Shown: piece by piece, positions 26,825-39,324 of the stretch
Position numbering within the stretch: the stretch's first letter is position 1
Layout of the letters: the number at the start of each line of letters is the position of its first letter
Source: Octopus sinensis
Taxonomy: Eukaryota
NCBI RefSeq assembly: GCF_006345805.1
Contig: NW_021831853.1
Span: 14,436-78,435, forward strand
Length of the DNA stretch: 64,000 nucleotides
Direction of reading: 5' to 3'
Translations under genes and position numbers: made by a program
The notes under the pieces: model-generated
What the model saw: the letters and a program-made list of their open reading frames with translations, nothing else
Told to the model about the DNA's origin: nothing
The model's database searches: none

Positions 26825-28354
26825 ATGGTGGTGGTGGTGGTGGTGGTGGCGGCGGTGGTGGTGTCGGTGGCTTATGTAACCCTGTCCAGCTGGGCGGTAG
26901 TTTAGGTACAAGTAATAAACGTGTGGTAATGACGGTGGTGGTGGTGGGTGTATTATTGATGGTTGCGCTGGTGGTAGAAGTAGTTGTAATGGATGTGATG
27001 GTGGGGGGGATGGCTTATGTAACAGTCCTCTGGTGTCGTAATATAGGTACTAGGGGCGGCGGCAGCAGCAGAAGCAGCAACAGTAGTAGTAGTAGTAATA
27101 GTAGTAGTAGTAGTAGCAGCAGCAGCAGCAGTAGCAGTAGCAGTAGTAGTAGTAGTGGTAGTAGTGGTAGTAGTAGTAGTAGTAGTAGTAGTTTCTGGGG
27201 TGCTGTGCTCTTCCGTGTGTTTCGAAAAAATTTTTTGTTTTGTTTGTTTCCCATGTTCTTTCTCGTATATTTTTTTGTAATAATTTTTTTTTTTATTTAC
27301 ATTTTTTCTCTTCTTCCTTCCTCCCTTGAAACCAGCCTCCTACGCCAGACCAACATACTAATCACCCCACCCCACTCCCGCACAACATACTCCACCACAC
27401 ACACATACCGCCCTGTACCCACACCGTGTTACCATATACCATTCCATACCATACGGCTGCTCTTTGAAGATCGGAAGTTGGCGTTGTGCAACGGTGAACA
27501 ACAAGAACAACATACTTGAATAACACAAAAGAATCGGCAAATACACGTCTTCTTTTTAGATACACCCTCGCGCACGCACACACACACACACACACACATA
27601 CATACGTACATACACACACATAGACACACACACACACATTACCTCCTACACGCACTATCACCGTCTCCAGTAGCAGCTGCACCAACACTACCAACAACCT
27701 TCACCACCACCATCATCATCATCATCATCATCACCACCACCACCACAACAATCCTCACCATCACCATCGCTACCACTACCCCGTCAATAAGAACCACTAT
27801 CACTACCACACCATCGCTATCATCGCCACCAAATCACCATCATCAAAATGACGATCGCTTCTTTTTGAGAACATTACGAGAACAGTTTAGAATTTGTGTG
27901 TAAGTTGCCATAAAACAATTGAAAAAAGAAAAACTGGATGGCTGAGGGTTCGGAGATAAACAGCATCGATAGTATACAAAATCTGTAAACACAAGGATGA
28001 GACAATCGTCCTGAAGTAGAAGGGACCCCAATTTGGGCCAATTGAGGAACTTCACAGTTCTAAGATCACCCTGACTGCCATGGTAACAAGCCCTCGTCCA
28101 GTTGTTCTTCAATATACTGGGTCGGTAAATTAAGTACCAGTTGCATACTGGGTTCATTTAATCGACTAGTTCCCCCCCCCCCACAATTTCGGGTCTTGTG
28201 CTTAGAGTGGAAAAAATAATCTTCAGGGGCAGGGTCCGAGCGAAATCGTGACATTTATATATTACTACAATCACAAATACATCTACAATAACGATCACTA
28301 TAACTGCAACCAAGACTATGTCCTAACAACCACAAGTATATTTACAAGTACTAC

Positions 28355-28589
28355 CTATTTCTTTATTACCCACAAGGGGCTAAACACAGAGGGGACAAAC
28401 AAGGACAGACATAGGTATTAAGTCGATTACATCGACCCCAGTGCGTAACTGGTACTTAATTTATCGACCCTGAAAGGATGAAAGGCAAAGTCGACCTCGG
28501 CGGAATTTGAACTCAGAACGTAGCCGCTGACGAAATACCGCTAAGCATTTCGCCCGGCGTGCTAACGCTTCTGCCAGCTCGCCGCCTTT
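28355..28589 (-). mobile_element. SINE family B, young full-length copy
   Basis: aaggcggcgagctggcagaagcgttagcacgccgggcgaaatgc..gagttcaaattccgccgaggtcgactttgcctttcatcctttc..ccccttgtgggtaataaagaaatag. Confidence 0.92.
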
Positions 28590-28844
28590 ACAAGTACTAC
28601 CGCCGCAACTACCACCACCAGAACTATCATCACAACAACCACAGCATCGACATCCACAACAACCACCTACACTACGACTACAGAAACCATTACAACTACT
28701 ACAACAACAACGAGCACTACAATTGCAACTGGAACTACCGCTACAACCACACACACCATCACAACCACCACTACTAACCCACTACATTGTTAACCATCAC
28801 ACCATCACCACCACGGCGCTCGTCACGAAATAAGGCATATACAT

Positions 28845-28920
28845 ACATATATATGTATGTATGGTATGTATGTATGTATGTATGTATGTATGTATGTATG
28901 CATGTATGTATGTATGTATG

Positions 28921-28954
<34 letters not shown>

Positions 28955-29000
28955 TGTATGTATGTATGTATGTATGTATGTATGTATGTATGTATGTATG

Positions 29001-29034
<34 letters not shown>

Positions 29035-29072
29035 TGTATGTATGTATGTATGCATGTATGTATGTATGTATG

Positions 29073-29106
<34 letters not shown>

Positions 29107-29400
29107 TGTATGTATGTATGTATGTATGTGTGTATATGTATGTATGTATGTATGTATGTATATATGTATGTATGTGTGTATATGCATGCATGTATGTATG
29201 TATGTATGTATGTATGTATGTACGTATGCATGTATGTATGTATGTATGTATGTATGTATGTATGTATGTATGTATGTATGTATGTGTGTATATGTATGTA
29301 TGTATGTATGTATGTATATATGTATGTATGTGTGTATATGCATGCATGTATGTATGTATGTATGTATGTATGTATGTATGTATGTATGTATGTATGTGTG

Positions 29401-29432
<32 letters not shown>

Positions 29433-29545
29433 TGTATATATGTATGTGTGTATATGCATGCATGTATGTATGTATGTATGTATGTATGTATGTATGGTAT
29501 GTATGTATGTATGTATGTATGCATGTATGTATGTATGTATGTGTA
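28845..29545. repeat. ~700-bp (TATG)n array with higher-order variant pattern
   Basis: Direct reading; variant block tgtgtatatg..tatatg..tgtgtatatgcatgcatg recurs three times. Confidence 0.95.
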
Positions 29546-29736
29546 TGTCCGTCAATGGTGAGTGTAAAAGCGTGTGCGTGTTTGATTTAGAAACAGCTTT
29601 ATTTCATACGAATAGTGATATGCAAACACATACATGCATAAATGTGTGTGCATGTGTGTGTGTGTGTTTTTGTGTATGTATGTAAATATTTATGCGCGCG
29701 TGTGTGTGTGTGTGTGTGTGCGTGTGTGTGTGTTAT

Positions 29737-29904
29737 AAAGTATGAAAGAGAAAGTAAAAGGATGAGAATGTTTGGACCCTATAGATTTTTAAGAAAGCTT
29801 TCAAGTTACCTCAAAAAAAGACTTTCATGTTTATACTTTAATATCCTTATCAGAAAATTACAGATCCATTTGTTTTAAAACATATACATACATACATACA
29901 TACA

Positions 29905-29939
<35 letters not shown>

Positions 29940-30160
29940 TTATATATACACACACTCGTACACGCGATATGCGCTTCTTTAATGCGTGTATGTGTGAGTA
30001 TTGTGTATTATCGATTATGTTGTTTTTGTGTACATGTGTGTGTGTAAACGTGTGTGTACTGGGAAGAGATTTACTTCTCTATTCAGACATAAAAGGAAAG
30101 CTTTTTTGCTCAGATTTTATAATCATTGTTAATAATAAATGCGTCTTTTTATACCCGACA
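29737..30160. repeat. Copy 1 of a two-module dispersed unit (others at 40465-41090 and 45957-46325)
   Basis: 29737-29878 is identical to 45957-46098; module 2 (gaagagattt..aaaggaaagc..ttgttaat) follows after a microsatellite. Confidence 0.85.
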
Positions 30161-30235
30161 GTATTATATATATATATATAATATATATATATATACGTTT
30201 GTGTATGTATGTGTATATATGTATGTATATATATA

Positions 30236-30292
<57 letters not shown>

Positions 30293-30306
30293 GTATGTAA
30301 TATGTA

Positions 30307-30350
<44 letters not shown>

Positions 30351-30787
30351 TGTATTCACAGACACTCAATCGCACGCAACCATAATGTTATTCATAATCA
30401 TAGCGTTCCTATTATTATTTCTACTTCAATATATTCTGTTCGATCTTAATTCTTGCGAACTTAGAATATGATTTGCTGAGAAGGTCTAACAAGATTGAAA
30501 GATAGTCCGGTTGACTTTATTGACGAGATTTACTGCGACCTTCAACGTTTATATTTTTCAAAAATTTCAGTGGGCTAATCTTCTTGGAATTATCTTTTTT
30601 GCTTGATTTTAAATACTCCCAGAAGGAGCTACTGTCGAATAATTACATAGATAATCTACATAGCATGTCACAAATTCTTCTCTTGGTGTTATTAAAATGT
30701 TTCGATGGGAGGAGTCACTTATAATTTACGAGTGTTTTCATAAGGTATATATTCGAGATCTGCTCAAATACACATATATTCATGTAA

Positions 30788-31232
30788 GGCGTGGCTGTGT
30801 GGTAAGAAGTTTGCTTCCTAACCAGATGGTCGCAGGTTCAGTCCCACTGCGTTGCACCTTGGGCAAGTATCTTCTACTATAGCCTCGGGCTGACCAAAGC
30901 CTTGTGAGTGGATTTGGTAAACGGAAACTGGAAGAAACCGTGTGTGTGAGTTCGTGCGTGCGTGTGTGTGTGTGTGTGTATGTGTGTGTGTGTGTGTGTT
31001 TGTATGAGTTGTTTGGCTTTGTGTCTGTGTTCGTCCCCTCTATCGCTTGACAACCGGTGTTCGTGTGTTTACGTTCCCATAACTTAGCGGCTCGGCCAAA
31101 GAGACCGATAGAATAAGTACCGGGCTCAGCAAAAAAAATTAAGTACTGGGGTTGATTAATTCGACTAAAAGTTCTTCAAGGAGGTGCTCTAGCATGGTCG
31201 CAGTCTAATGACAGAAACAAATAGAAAAAGGA
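30788..31232 (+). mobile_element. SINE family A
   Basis: Head ggcgtggctgtgtggtaagaag, (GT)n linker, tail gctctagcatggtcgcagtctaatgacagaaac. Confidence 0.9.
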
Positions 31233-31590
31233 CAGATTAAAAGAATGTACTCTTTTATTGTCTTTTTCAGTTACAGTCAATTGACTGCAACCATGCTGCA
31301 GCAGTGCCTTTTTGTTGAAGTTAACTATTAATTAAGATAGTAGCAACAGATCTTCCTTGAGTGTAACCTTGTAAAATTGCCTGGTCCGTTATTATGGTCA
31401 GGAGTTCATCCAATGCCTTCCTGAATTTTTTGAATAAGGTCCCTCTTACGTTTCTCATTTCTGTAGGTTGATAGCCGAACACTTGATGACACCCTAAATA
31501 TCAGATTGCTGCAGTACGCACACAGACACACAGACACAGACACAGACACACAGACACAGACACAGACACAGACACAGACACACACACACA

Positions 31591-31663
<73 letters not shown>

Positions 31664-31689
31664 CCTATGTGATAGATATAGCATACGAT

Positions 31690-31855
31690 ATATGTGACCA
31701 ACCAGAATATCAAATGTTGTTACACATCGCTAACCACAATGCGCTTTGCATCGTTTTAACTTTCGAATGACGCCATCCCGCTGGCTAAGCGAGCAGGCCC
31801 ACATTCCGCCGCGCCCCCTGCTCGAAAGAAGGGCTGGAGCAACGTGAAATGAATT
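31690..31855 (-). mobile_element. 5'-truncated SINE, body P + tail Z
   Basis: gctggagcaacgtgaaatga and gacgccatcccgctggctaagcgagc. Confidence 0.75.
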
Positions 31856-32118
31856 TATCGTCCCACATATCTACATTGTTTCGAGTGGAGGCGTATCTAC
31901 TTCATATATATTCGATCGATATATTAACATAAGCAAATTTAACTCATTTTCCCGTAAATGACAAAAAAAAAAAAATGAAAAAAAGCTATTTTCGAACTTC
32001 ATTTGACAAATCTCTGGGGAATAAACAGCCAATCTGTTTTTAATGCCACACATTCAGTAGCTTCATAGAACTGGAGTTACTACTTTGCATACTGTGGTAA
32101 CACTTACTTATATTATTA

Positions 32119-32188
<70 letters not shown>

Positions 32189-32193
<5 letters not shown>

Positions 32194-32428
32194 CTTGATC
32201 ACCTTCACCGACCAGTCCGTAGGGCGTCCATTTGACACCGCTGGTCACAGCACGCTGTCCACTCCTCTCTGGATCGCGCCTTTCTCATCCACGTGATCCC
32301 AATCCTCCTCTTGAAATCGTAATTCCACCGTCGTGGAGGCCTTCCGGGTGGTCGTTTCCACTCGCACGAGTACCCTCGACAACTGCGCGGGTCCACCGAT
32401 TATCGGTGAGCCGGGCGACGTGTCTAGC
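32189..32428 (-). mobile_element. RTE-clade LINE 3' end inserted in (TA)n
   Basis: WARHVARLTDNRWTRAVV..REWKRPPGRPPRRW..WMRKARSREEW; ends ctggtcggtgaaggtgatcaaggtgat. Confidence 0.85.
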
Positions 32429-32450
32429 CCATCTACACTATATATATATA

Positions 32451-32511
<61 letters not shown>

Positions 32512-32567
32512 ATATATATATCTATATATAAGTCTCTCTCTAAAGAAGACTACGACAGCAGTACTGG

Positions 32568-32953
32568 ATATTAATAGCTATCGCCAAGCTCTAACAAATG
32601 CTGCCGTCGATTAGCTCCAAGAGGCCATCACCTCTAGCTAGCTATGTGACACACGAACCTGTGTCCATTACAACCTTCGAACAGGGGAGGCCAGCCGCTT
32701 CCCCTTGCTGGTCTGGCCTTTACAGACTAGTTTCAGGATATTTGCCCCTTATCAATGTAGAGCAACCGAAACTAGTCTGTAGATGCCAGACCAGCAAGGG
32801 GAGGCGACTGACTTCCCCTGTTCGAATGTTATGGGCACAAATTGGTGTGTTACATAGCTAGCTAGAGGCGATGGCCCGATGGCCTCTTGGAGCTAATCAA
32901 CGGCAGCATTCGTCCTATTTTCCTGGACTGCCATGTTAGCTTGGCGACAACTA

Positions 32954-32960
<7 letters not shown>
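32568..32960. mobile_element. Large fold-back (arms 32568-32734 and 32768-32960) flanked by (TA)n, with hammerhead relic at its centre
   Basis: Arms match as reverse complements (gctccaagaggccatc, ctctagctagctatgt, ccccttgctggtctggc, acagactagtttc); decayed hammerhead on the minus strand at 32721-32759. Confidence 0.85.
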
Positions 32961-32996
<36 letters not shown>

Positions 32997-34102
32997 TCAC
33001 ACACACACACACACACACACACACATAACTATATATATATATATATATATGCTTCATTGTAAACATTTTAGTTCATCTAAAAATGAGGGTTTTTTTCACT
33101 AAAAGTGATCCATAAATATTTATATAAGAATCTGAGTTACAACATAACGTATGTCATAGTAACAGAAGAATAAGAATAGAATTGAACGTAGGAATCCTGA
33201 ATGTATCAAACGGGGGATATAGATATCGTTGGTGGGAGGGGTGAGTTGTTTCCCATAGGTAGTTATAAGAATGAAAGGATACAAAAAGTGAATACTGTAC
33301 AAAATACGGCTGAGAGGAGGAAGGGAGTTAACTGCTATGTAGCAATAAATGTCGAAAGTAAAAGAGTTAATGTTATAAGATATCAAAGAGTGAATTGTTA
33401 TAAAGCGTAGTGAGATCTGGACTTCCTATAAGTAGACGAAAATTGATGAGGTTAACAAAAGAGAGTGTAGTGGTTCAGATCAATAGTTAAATATTGATCC
33501 ATTCTACTGTATTGAAATGAGTATGGCAAGATAATAGGTAGAAAATATCAAAGACTTTAATTGTAATAAATCACAAGGAGATTAAGAGAGGGAAATAGAT
33601 AGTGTGTATAAATGTTCTTGTTAAATGGTTAAGGCGATGGTATGATCTTCCACTGTTTGAAAGTGTACTTGTCAAAGTGGTGACATATAGTAAGGATCTC
33701 TGTCTAGACATTTACATAGTTTTCAGATTATTATTTGTTTTTAACATGAAATTTCTCAGCAATGCACAACCTGTAAAATTTTTGCCCCGTTTCTGTATGC
33801 TTTGCGTCTCTCAAAGTTTCCACTTCTTTCTAAGTAGAGGCTCAATTAGATACTTTGTTCTATTCCCTTTTTCTATATTTCTAATGGTAGAAATTTGGTT
33901 GACGGTTTTCTGCTTGAATTTATCGTCCCACATAACTACATTGAATTTCAAAGTTTGTTTCGAGTGGAGGCGTCATCTACTTCATATATATTCTTTTTCA
34001 CAGCTGCATCTATACTCTAAAGAAGTCCACAAAAAACAGACGTTTAATGATGGAAGCAATGTTCATGAAACAATACAATACACTATAACATACACTAATC
34101 AC

Positions 34103-34269
34103 GCGTGACTGTGTGGTAAGAGGGTTCCTTCCCAACCACATGGTTCCGGGTTCAGTCCCACTGCATGGCACTTGGGCAAGTGTCTTCTACTATAGCCTCG
34201 GGCCGACCAAAGCCTTGTGAGTCGATTTGGTAGACGGAACCTGAAAGAAGCTCGTCGTATGTATGTATG

Positions 34270-34360
<91 letters not shown>

Positions 34361-34560
34361 ATGTATGTATGTATGTATGTATGTATGTATGTATAATGTA
34401 TGTGTCTTTGTGTCTGTGTTTGTACTCCAGCATCGCTTGACAACCGATACTTGTGTTTACGTCCCCGTAACTTAGCGGTTCAACAAAAAGACCGATAAAA
34501 TAAGTCCTAGAGTTGGTTTCTTCGTCTAAAACCCTTCAAGGTGGTCGCAGTCAAATAAAG
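34103..34560 (+). mobile_element. SINE family A with TA/GT/TATG linker
   Basis: Head gcgtgactgtgtggtaag..gggttcagtcccactgc; body gtccccgtaacttagcggttc. Confidence 0.88.
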
Positions 34561-35538
34561 AACTAATGACGTACTTATTGATCAATTTTCCACACTTCAG
34601 TTTATCAATACAACCTTTATATGCCATTTCTCCTTCAATTCCCCAATATACTCACTTCCTTTCTCCACTTTCCTTATTGTTCTTAATAGTGCTATATGAC
34701 GCCCTCCGCTATTCTCTCTTAGTCATTATCCTTAAATTTAATAATCTCTTTCCCTTTCCTTCAAATATATTTTATTTTACTTTTCTCTATAAAATCCTAT
34801 ATTTTTGCAATTTTTTTTCCTCATTACACATAAAAAAATTAATACATTTTATAATATTTTCTTAATATCTTAATTCTAATTTTTAATCCTTATTGGAATC
34901 CTTTATTTTTATTTACTCCATTTAAATTCATTTATTTTCCTTTTCAATTTTTAAATTGAATTTAAAAAAATTATTTCCCAATTTCTGAAATTCTTCAAAT
35001 TATTTAATTTCTAATTAGTTTAATTATCCTGTAATTTAATTATTTCATTATTTAGTTTTTGAAGAATTCAATATGGCTACAGCATTCTTTCGTTTTATAT
35101 CAACAGAATAACATTCTTAAATAACATGTCGGCTTTCCTTTCACCTTACATGTTTTCCTAACAAATTGACTAACAACTTACAAACTCTTCTTCTTGCTCT
35201 CTCCTTGCTTTACATCTTTTTTCTTAATTTTTATTTTGCTTGAACTCACAAAGCCAGTAACCCAATTTCCATGGCGTATAGTGACCGAGATCACAACACT
35301 CTCCCTGAAAGGAACGCCGGTCTCTTGCAGGGTTCGAGGTCAGCAATTTTGAAATGGAGGGCCAAGTCGGTTACATAGATTACTTGATTTGTATTTTATC
35401 ATCAGATAATGGGTAAAAGGAAAAGCTAACACGTTGGGATTCGAACTTAGCACAGAAGTAACTGGAAAAAAATGCCACTAAGCTTTTTGCCCGATGTGCT
35501 AACTAACGATTCTGCGAGCTCTCTGCCTTTTCTTTATA

Positions 35539-36780
35539 TTAGGTTGTCAAGAAAGTTCTTGCGGTTTTTAACCTTTAAATTCAGATGCACATATCTCGGC
35601 TCAAACAAAACTTTATTAATCGTAATAAAGACCATCAGAATCAACACACTTTTGCCAACGCGAAAAATCCTGCGTTCTGGTAGCGATGAAGTCACTGAAG
35701 GCGTGTTTGGCATCGTCTTGGTTTTTGAAGCATTTCTCACGCAGGAAGTTGTCGAGTTGCTTGAAAAAGTGGTAGTCGGTAGGCAAGAGGTCTGGTGAGT
35801 ATGGAGGATGAGGCAATTTCGTAGCCCAATTCGTTCAACTTCTGCGGGGTCAGTTGTGCGACGTCCGGCCGAGTGTTGTCGTAGAGAAGAATTGGTCGTT
35901 TTCTATTGACCAATGCTGGCTGTTGTTGGAGTTTCTTATGCATTTCATCCATTTACTGATAGTACTTCTCCGCTGTTATGGTTTCGCCTGGATCCAAAAA
36001 GCTGTGATGGATGAGACCGGCCGCAGACCACCAAACAGTTCTTCTTTTGGTGCAACTTTGGCTTCAAGAAGTGCCGTGGAGCTTCGTCGGTGTCCAACAA
36101 CTGAGCTGAGCGTCGCCGGTTGTCGTAAAGAATCCACTTTTCATCGCAAGTCACAATCCGGTCGAGAAACGGGTCGTACTTGTTGCGTAAAAAAAGGGAA
36201 GACGACACTTCAAAACGGCGTTGTTTTTGGTTGTCGTTCAATTCGTGCGGCACCTATTTCTCAAGTATTTTTGTTTTTCCAATCTCTTTTAAGTGGTTGG
36301 AAATTGTCGTATACGTTACATCTAATTCAGAAGCAAGCACTCGAACAGTTGTGCATCGATTGGCTTCGACTAAGGTTCTTAGTTGATCCTTGTCAAAACC
36401 GAAGGCCGACCACTACGCTTATTCTCTTCAAGACTCACGTCACCGCTACGAAGTTTCTTGAACCACCATTGTGCTGTACATTCATTGTGCTGGGCCAAAC
36501 GCATCACTGATATCGCGAGCTGTTTCAGCAGCTTTTCGGCCCAGCTTGAACTGGAATAAGAAAATTGTGCAAATTTGCTTTTTGTCTATGTTGTATTCAA
36601 CGTTCCGGAAAAAAATGGCCTAATTATTCAAAAATAAAAAGAGTAACACGATTAGATAGAGCGAAAAACGGGCTTTGAAATGATATATAAAGTCGAAGTA
36701 ATTTAAAGAAAATTAATTTGAAAATACATAATTTTATAACCAAAATTAAAAATTCCGCAAGAACTTTCTTGACAACCTAA
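35539..36780 (-). mobile_element. Full-length mariner transposon (Hsmar1/cecropia-like TIR), defective
   Basis: Identical 26-bp TIRs ttaggttgtcaagaaagttcttgcgg (35539-35564; 36755-36780), TA on both flanks, 1242 bp. Confidence 0.95.
35616..36589 (-). pseudogene. Mariner DD34D transposase pseudogene
   Basis: (ATA)DKKQICTIFLFQFKLGRKAAETAR..; [13 protein letters not shown]; LLYDNTRPDVA; HPPYSPDLLPTDYHFFKQLDNFL; start codon lost, multiple frameshifts. Confidence 0.92.
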
Positions 36781-36789
36781 TACCTGCCA

Positions 36790-37045
36790 TACTTCAACCC
36801 CAGTATTTATTTCATCGACTCCGAAAGGGATGAAAGGCGAAGTCGACTTCGGTGGAATTTGAACTCAGAACATGAAGACGAACGAAATGCCACTAAACAT
36901 TTTGACCGACGTGCTATCTAACGATTCTGCCAGCTCGCTGCTTTAATGAAAGTCAAAGTCGATTCGAACTCAGAACGTAAAGTCGGAACGAACGCCGTTA
37001 CACATTTGCCCGGCGCAGTAATGATTCTGTCAGCTCGCCGCCAAT
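36790..37045 (-). mobile_element. SINE family B with duplicated head (another copy at 35310-35528)
   Basis: gaaaggcgaagtcgacttcggtggaatttgaactcagaac, then a second gaactcagaacgtaaag..gccagctcgccgcc. Confidence 0.75.
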
Positions 37046-37498
37046 TTCTTAATAATATTCCTTATCTTTACTGCTACCATAAGTTCTACTTTTTAATGTC
37101 TTTAAAACCTCTAAATTAATTCATTATCTCTGTTTATCTTTTCTATATTGAATATTTAGAAAAAATATTAGTAATATCAAATATTCATTCATTCATTTAT
37201 TTATAAAACTTACAAAATTTAATGCCCTCAATTTTCTATTTGAATACATTATGATATCATTTATAAAGGATCTACGCCATATTTGTATTGATATGCTTTT
37301 GATTATTTATTCATTATTAATATTTTTGTTTCTTTAGAGTTAATTTTTAGTAAGCAAATCCAAAACGTTTACCTGGTCCTCTTCGTTATAACGACCATAC
37401 GTATTAGGAGGACAATATTGAACTATCAATTAAGTACTGATGCCAATGGTCCAAGCGACATTTTCTCAAAATTGCTAGCCTTTTGCTTAAATCAGAAA

Positions 37499-37499
<1 letters not shown>

Positions 37500-37565
<66 letters not shown>

Positions 37566-38345
37566 TATTATTATTATTATTATCATTATTATTCAGCAGT
37601 CTTATTTTCATCACGTGCTTTCACTACACTACCAAGCGCAGCTTTTTGTGCCTTGGGTATGTACAGTGGTTTGTTGTGGTGATCTTATTTTCACTGTATT
37701 GAAAGTGTTTTACACAGGATTTGTGCGGGACCTAGTAGTACTATTTTCTGTATGTTATATAGTCTTGTAAGTGTTTTTGGTATGTATTAATACTATAATA
37801 GGAATTGTTTCTGATTTTAGGCCCCACATTCGAGTTACTTCTTTTTCTAGATCTTTGCATTTTGAAAGTTTCTCTTTATTATTATTATTGAAGATGTCTG
37901 TACAGTATCCTATAGTGTGATACAAGTCACAACAAGGACATAAGACAGACAGTACTTTACACAGTATCCGTACATTCAGCCCCAGGTAAAGCCGATTTTT
38001 GCAATACACCAAGATTGTATCCAAGTGTCCAAGTGTTTCTTCAGGCTGAAATCTATTCAATCTAATACTCTGGTGAACACAGGAATGACCTTCATGTTCG
38101 ACTCTTGCAGCTTCCACCATTTTTGTCGATCTTTTCTCCTTTTTTTTCATATGTTGGTTTCCTGCAAGGTTGATTATTAGACACTCTTGCTTGTTCCTCC
38201 CAAAGGCTACTATATCCGGCCTTCGGTGCTCTAATACCTTGTCTGGTCTGAAATTCAAAGTCCTAGAGGATCTTTGCTTTCCTGTTTTCGTCCATTACCT
38301 TTTCCAGTGTATGTTGGTATCAAGTGCCCGTTACCTCGTATCTAT
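37500..38345 (-). mobile_element. Two stacked R4/Dong-type LINE 3' ends, each with a (TAA)n tail
   Basis: 38345-37885: HTLEKVMDENRKAKIL..DKVLEHRRPDIV; TAA tract 37878-37890; 37880-37590: KEKLSKCKDLEKEVTRMWGLKSETIPII plus 3' UTR; TAA array 37500-37580. Confidence 0.8.
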
Positions 38346-38438
38346 ATTTCCGGCATTGGAGACAGTTAAGGTCTGGGGCTACCTTGTCGTGTCTGCGCTT
38401 TTACTCTTTCTGCTCAATACTTTCACAAGCACTGACAT

Positions 38439-38641
38439 TTATTACCTCCACCTTAGCCAAGGAGGAGGTATTGTTTTCAGTCGTGTTTGTTTGTTTGTTT
38501 ATCTGTGGACAAGATATCTCAAAAACCGCTGGATGGATTCGGATGAAACTTTCAGGGATGTTTGGCCTCATGACTGACACGAACTGATTAGATTTTAAGA
38601 TCGATCTTGGCGGAGGTTTCTGCTCTCTGAGTACTCTTGTT
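38439..38641 (+). mobile_element. Helentron-associated non-autonomous element, internally deleted copy
   Basis: ttattacctccaccttagccaaggaggaggta..(GTTT)n..cttggcggaggtttctgctctctgagtactcttgt. Confidence 0.6.
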
Positions 38642-38682
38642 GTTGTTGTTATTATCATTATTATTATTATTATTATTATTAT

Positions 38683-39240
38683 TGAGTGAGAGAGCAGTTC
38701 ATGCCATCAAAGTGACACTGGGGTAAAATATACGAAGCCCAATATACCCATCATGACTACCCGTCTGATAAAGGTACACCAGGCACATGCATCACAACCA
38801 TATGTGCGCGACATGGTGATCTCATATCAAGATAAACAGCACATGACCTTGCAGGTGGGGCCCAGTTAGAATTTTCTTCAGGTTGAGTAGCCCATCCCGC
38901 TCAAACGGTCCCTGAATAAGGGTTGTTTAAGGATGTTGAAAGAACCACCCATGTTTCCAGAGGTGAACTATTCAAACCCCAAAGAATCCCTCTCAACACA
39001 TGGCTATGATGCTCCCCCACTACTTCTGCTCGTGATCAGAGATGCACATATCGTCAGCCACTAAGGGACATGCTCAACTGGTTAAGGTCAAACAACTGAC
39101 AAGCAAATCTGTGGTATTGAGCAGAATATTTGCTGTAGCCCATCTTTTATACCAAGACAAAACAATGTACATGATAACACTTCCAATCAGTTAAGATCAG
39201 AAGCCATGAGAGCCACTGCCTGGTACTTCATCAGGGCATT
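38683..39240 (-). mobile_element. ~560-bp non-coding element flanked by (TAA)n on both sides
   Basis: Homolog at 24623-25022; TTA arrays at 38650-38682 and 39241-39322; no ORF. Confidence 0.75.
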
Positions 39241-39255
39241 TATTATTATTATTAC

Positions 39256-39322
<67 letters not shown>

Positions 39323-39324
<2 letters not shown>

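Noticed and set aside
33602-34108. 168-aa ORF with an internal good acceptor (ttctttttcacAG, 34003)
   Set aside because: Compositionally biased, no recognisable motif, no convincing donor, and it runs into a SINE.
34570-35230. Very AT-rich tract as a NUMT or coding relic (also 37060-37350)
   Set aside because: No mitochondrial gene or RT motif could be read with confidence.
35854-36510. 218-aa plus-strand ORF
   Set aside because: Antisense to the mariner transposase pseudogene; no independent coding signal.
39150-39240. HDV-like ribozyme at the 5' end of the TAA-flanked element
   Set aside because: Could not assemble P1, P1.1 and P2 pairings by eye; left for a descriptor search.
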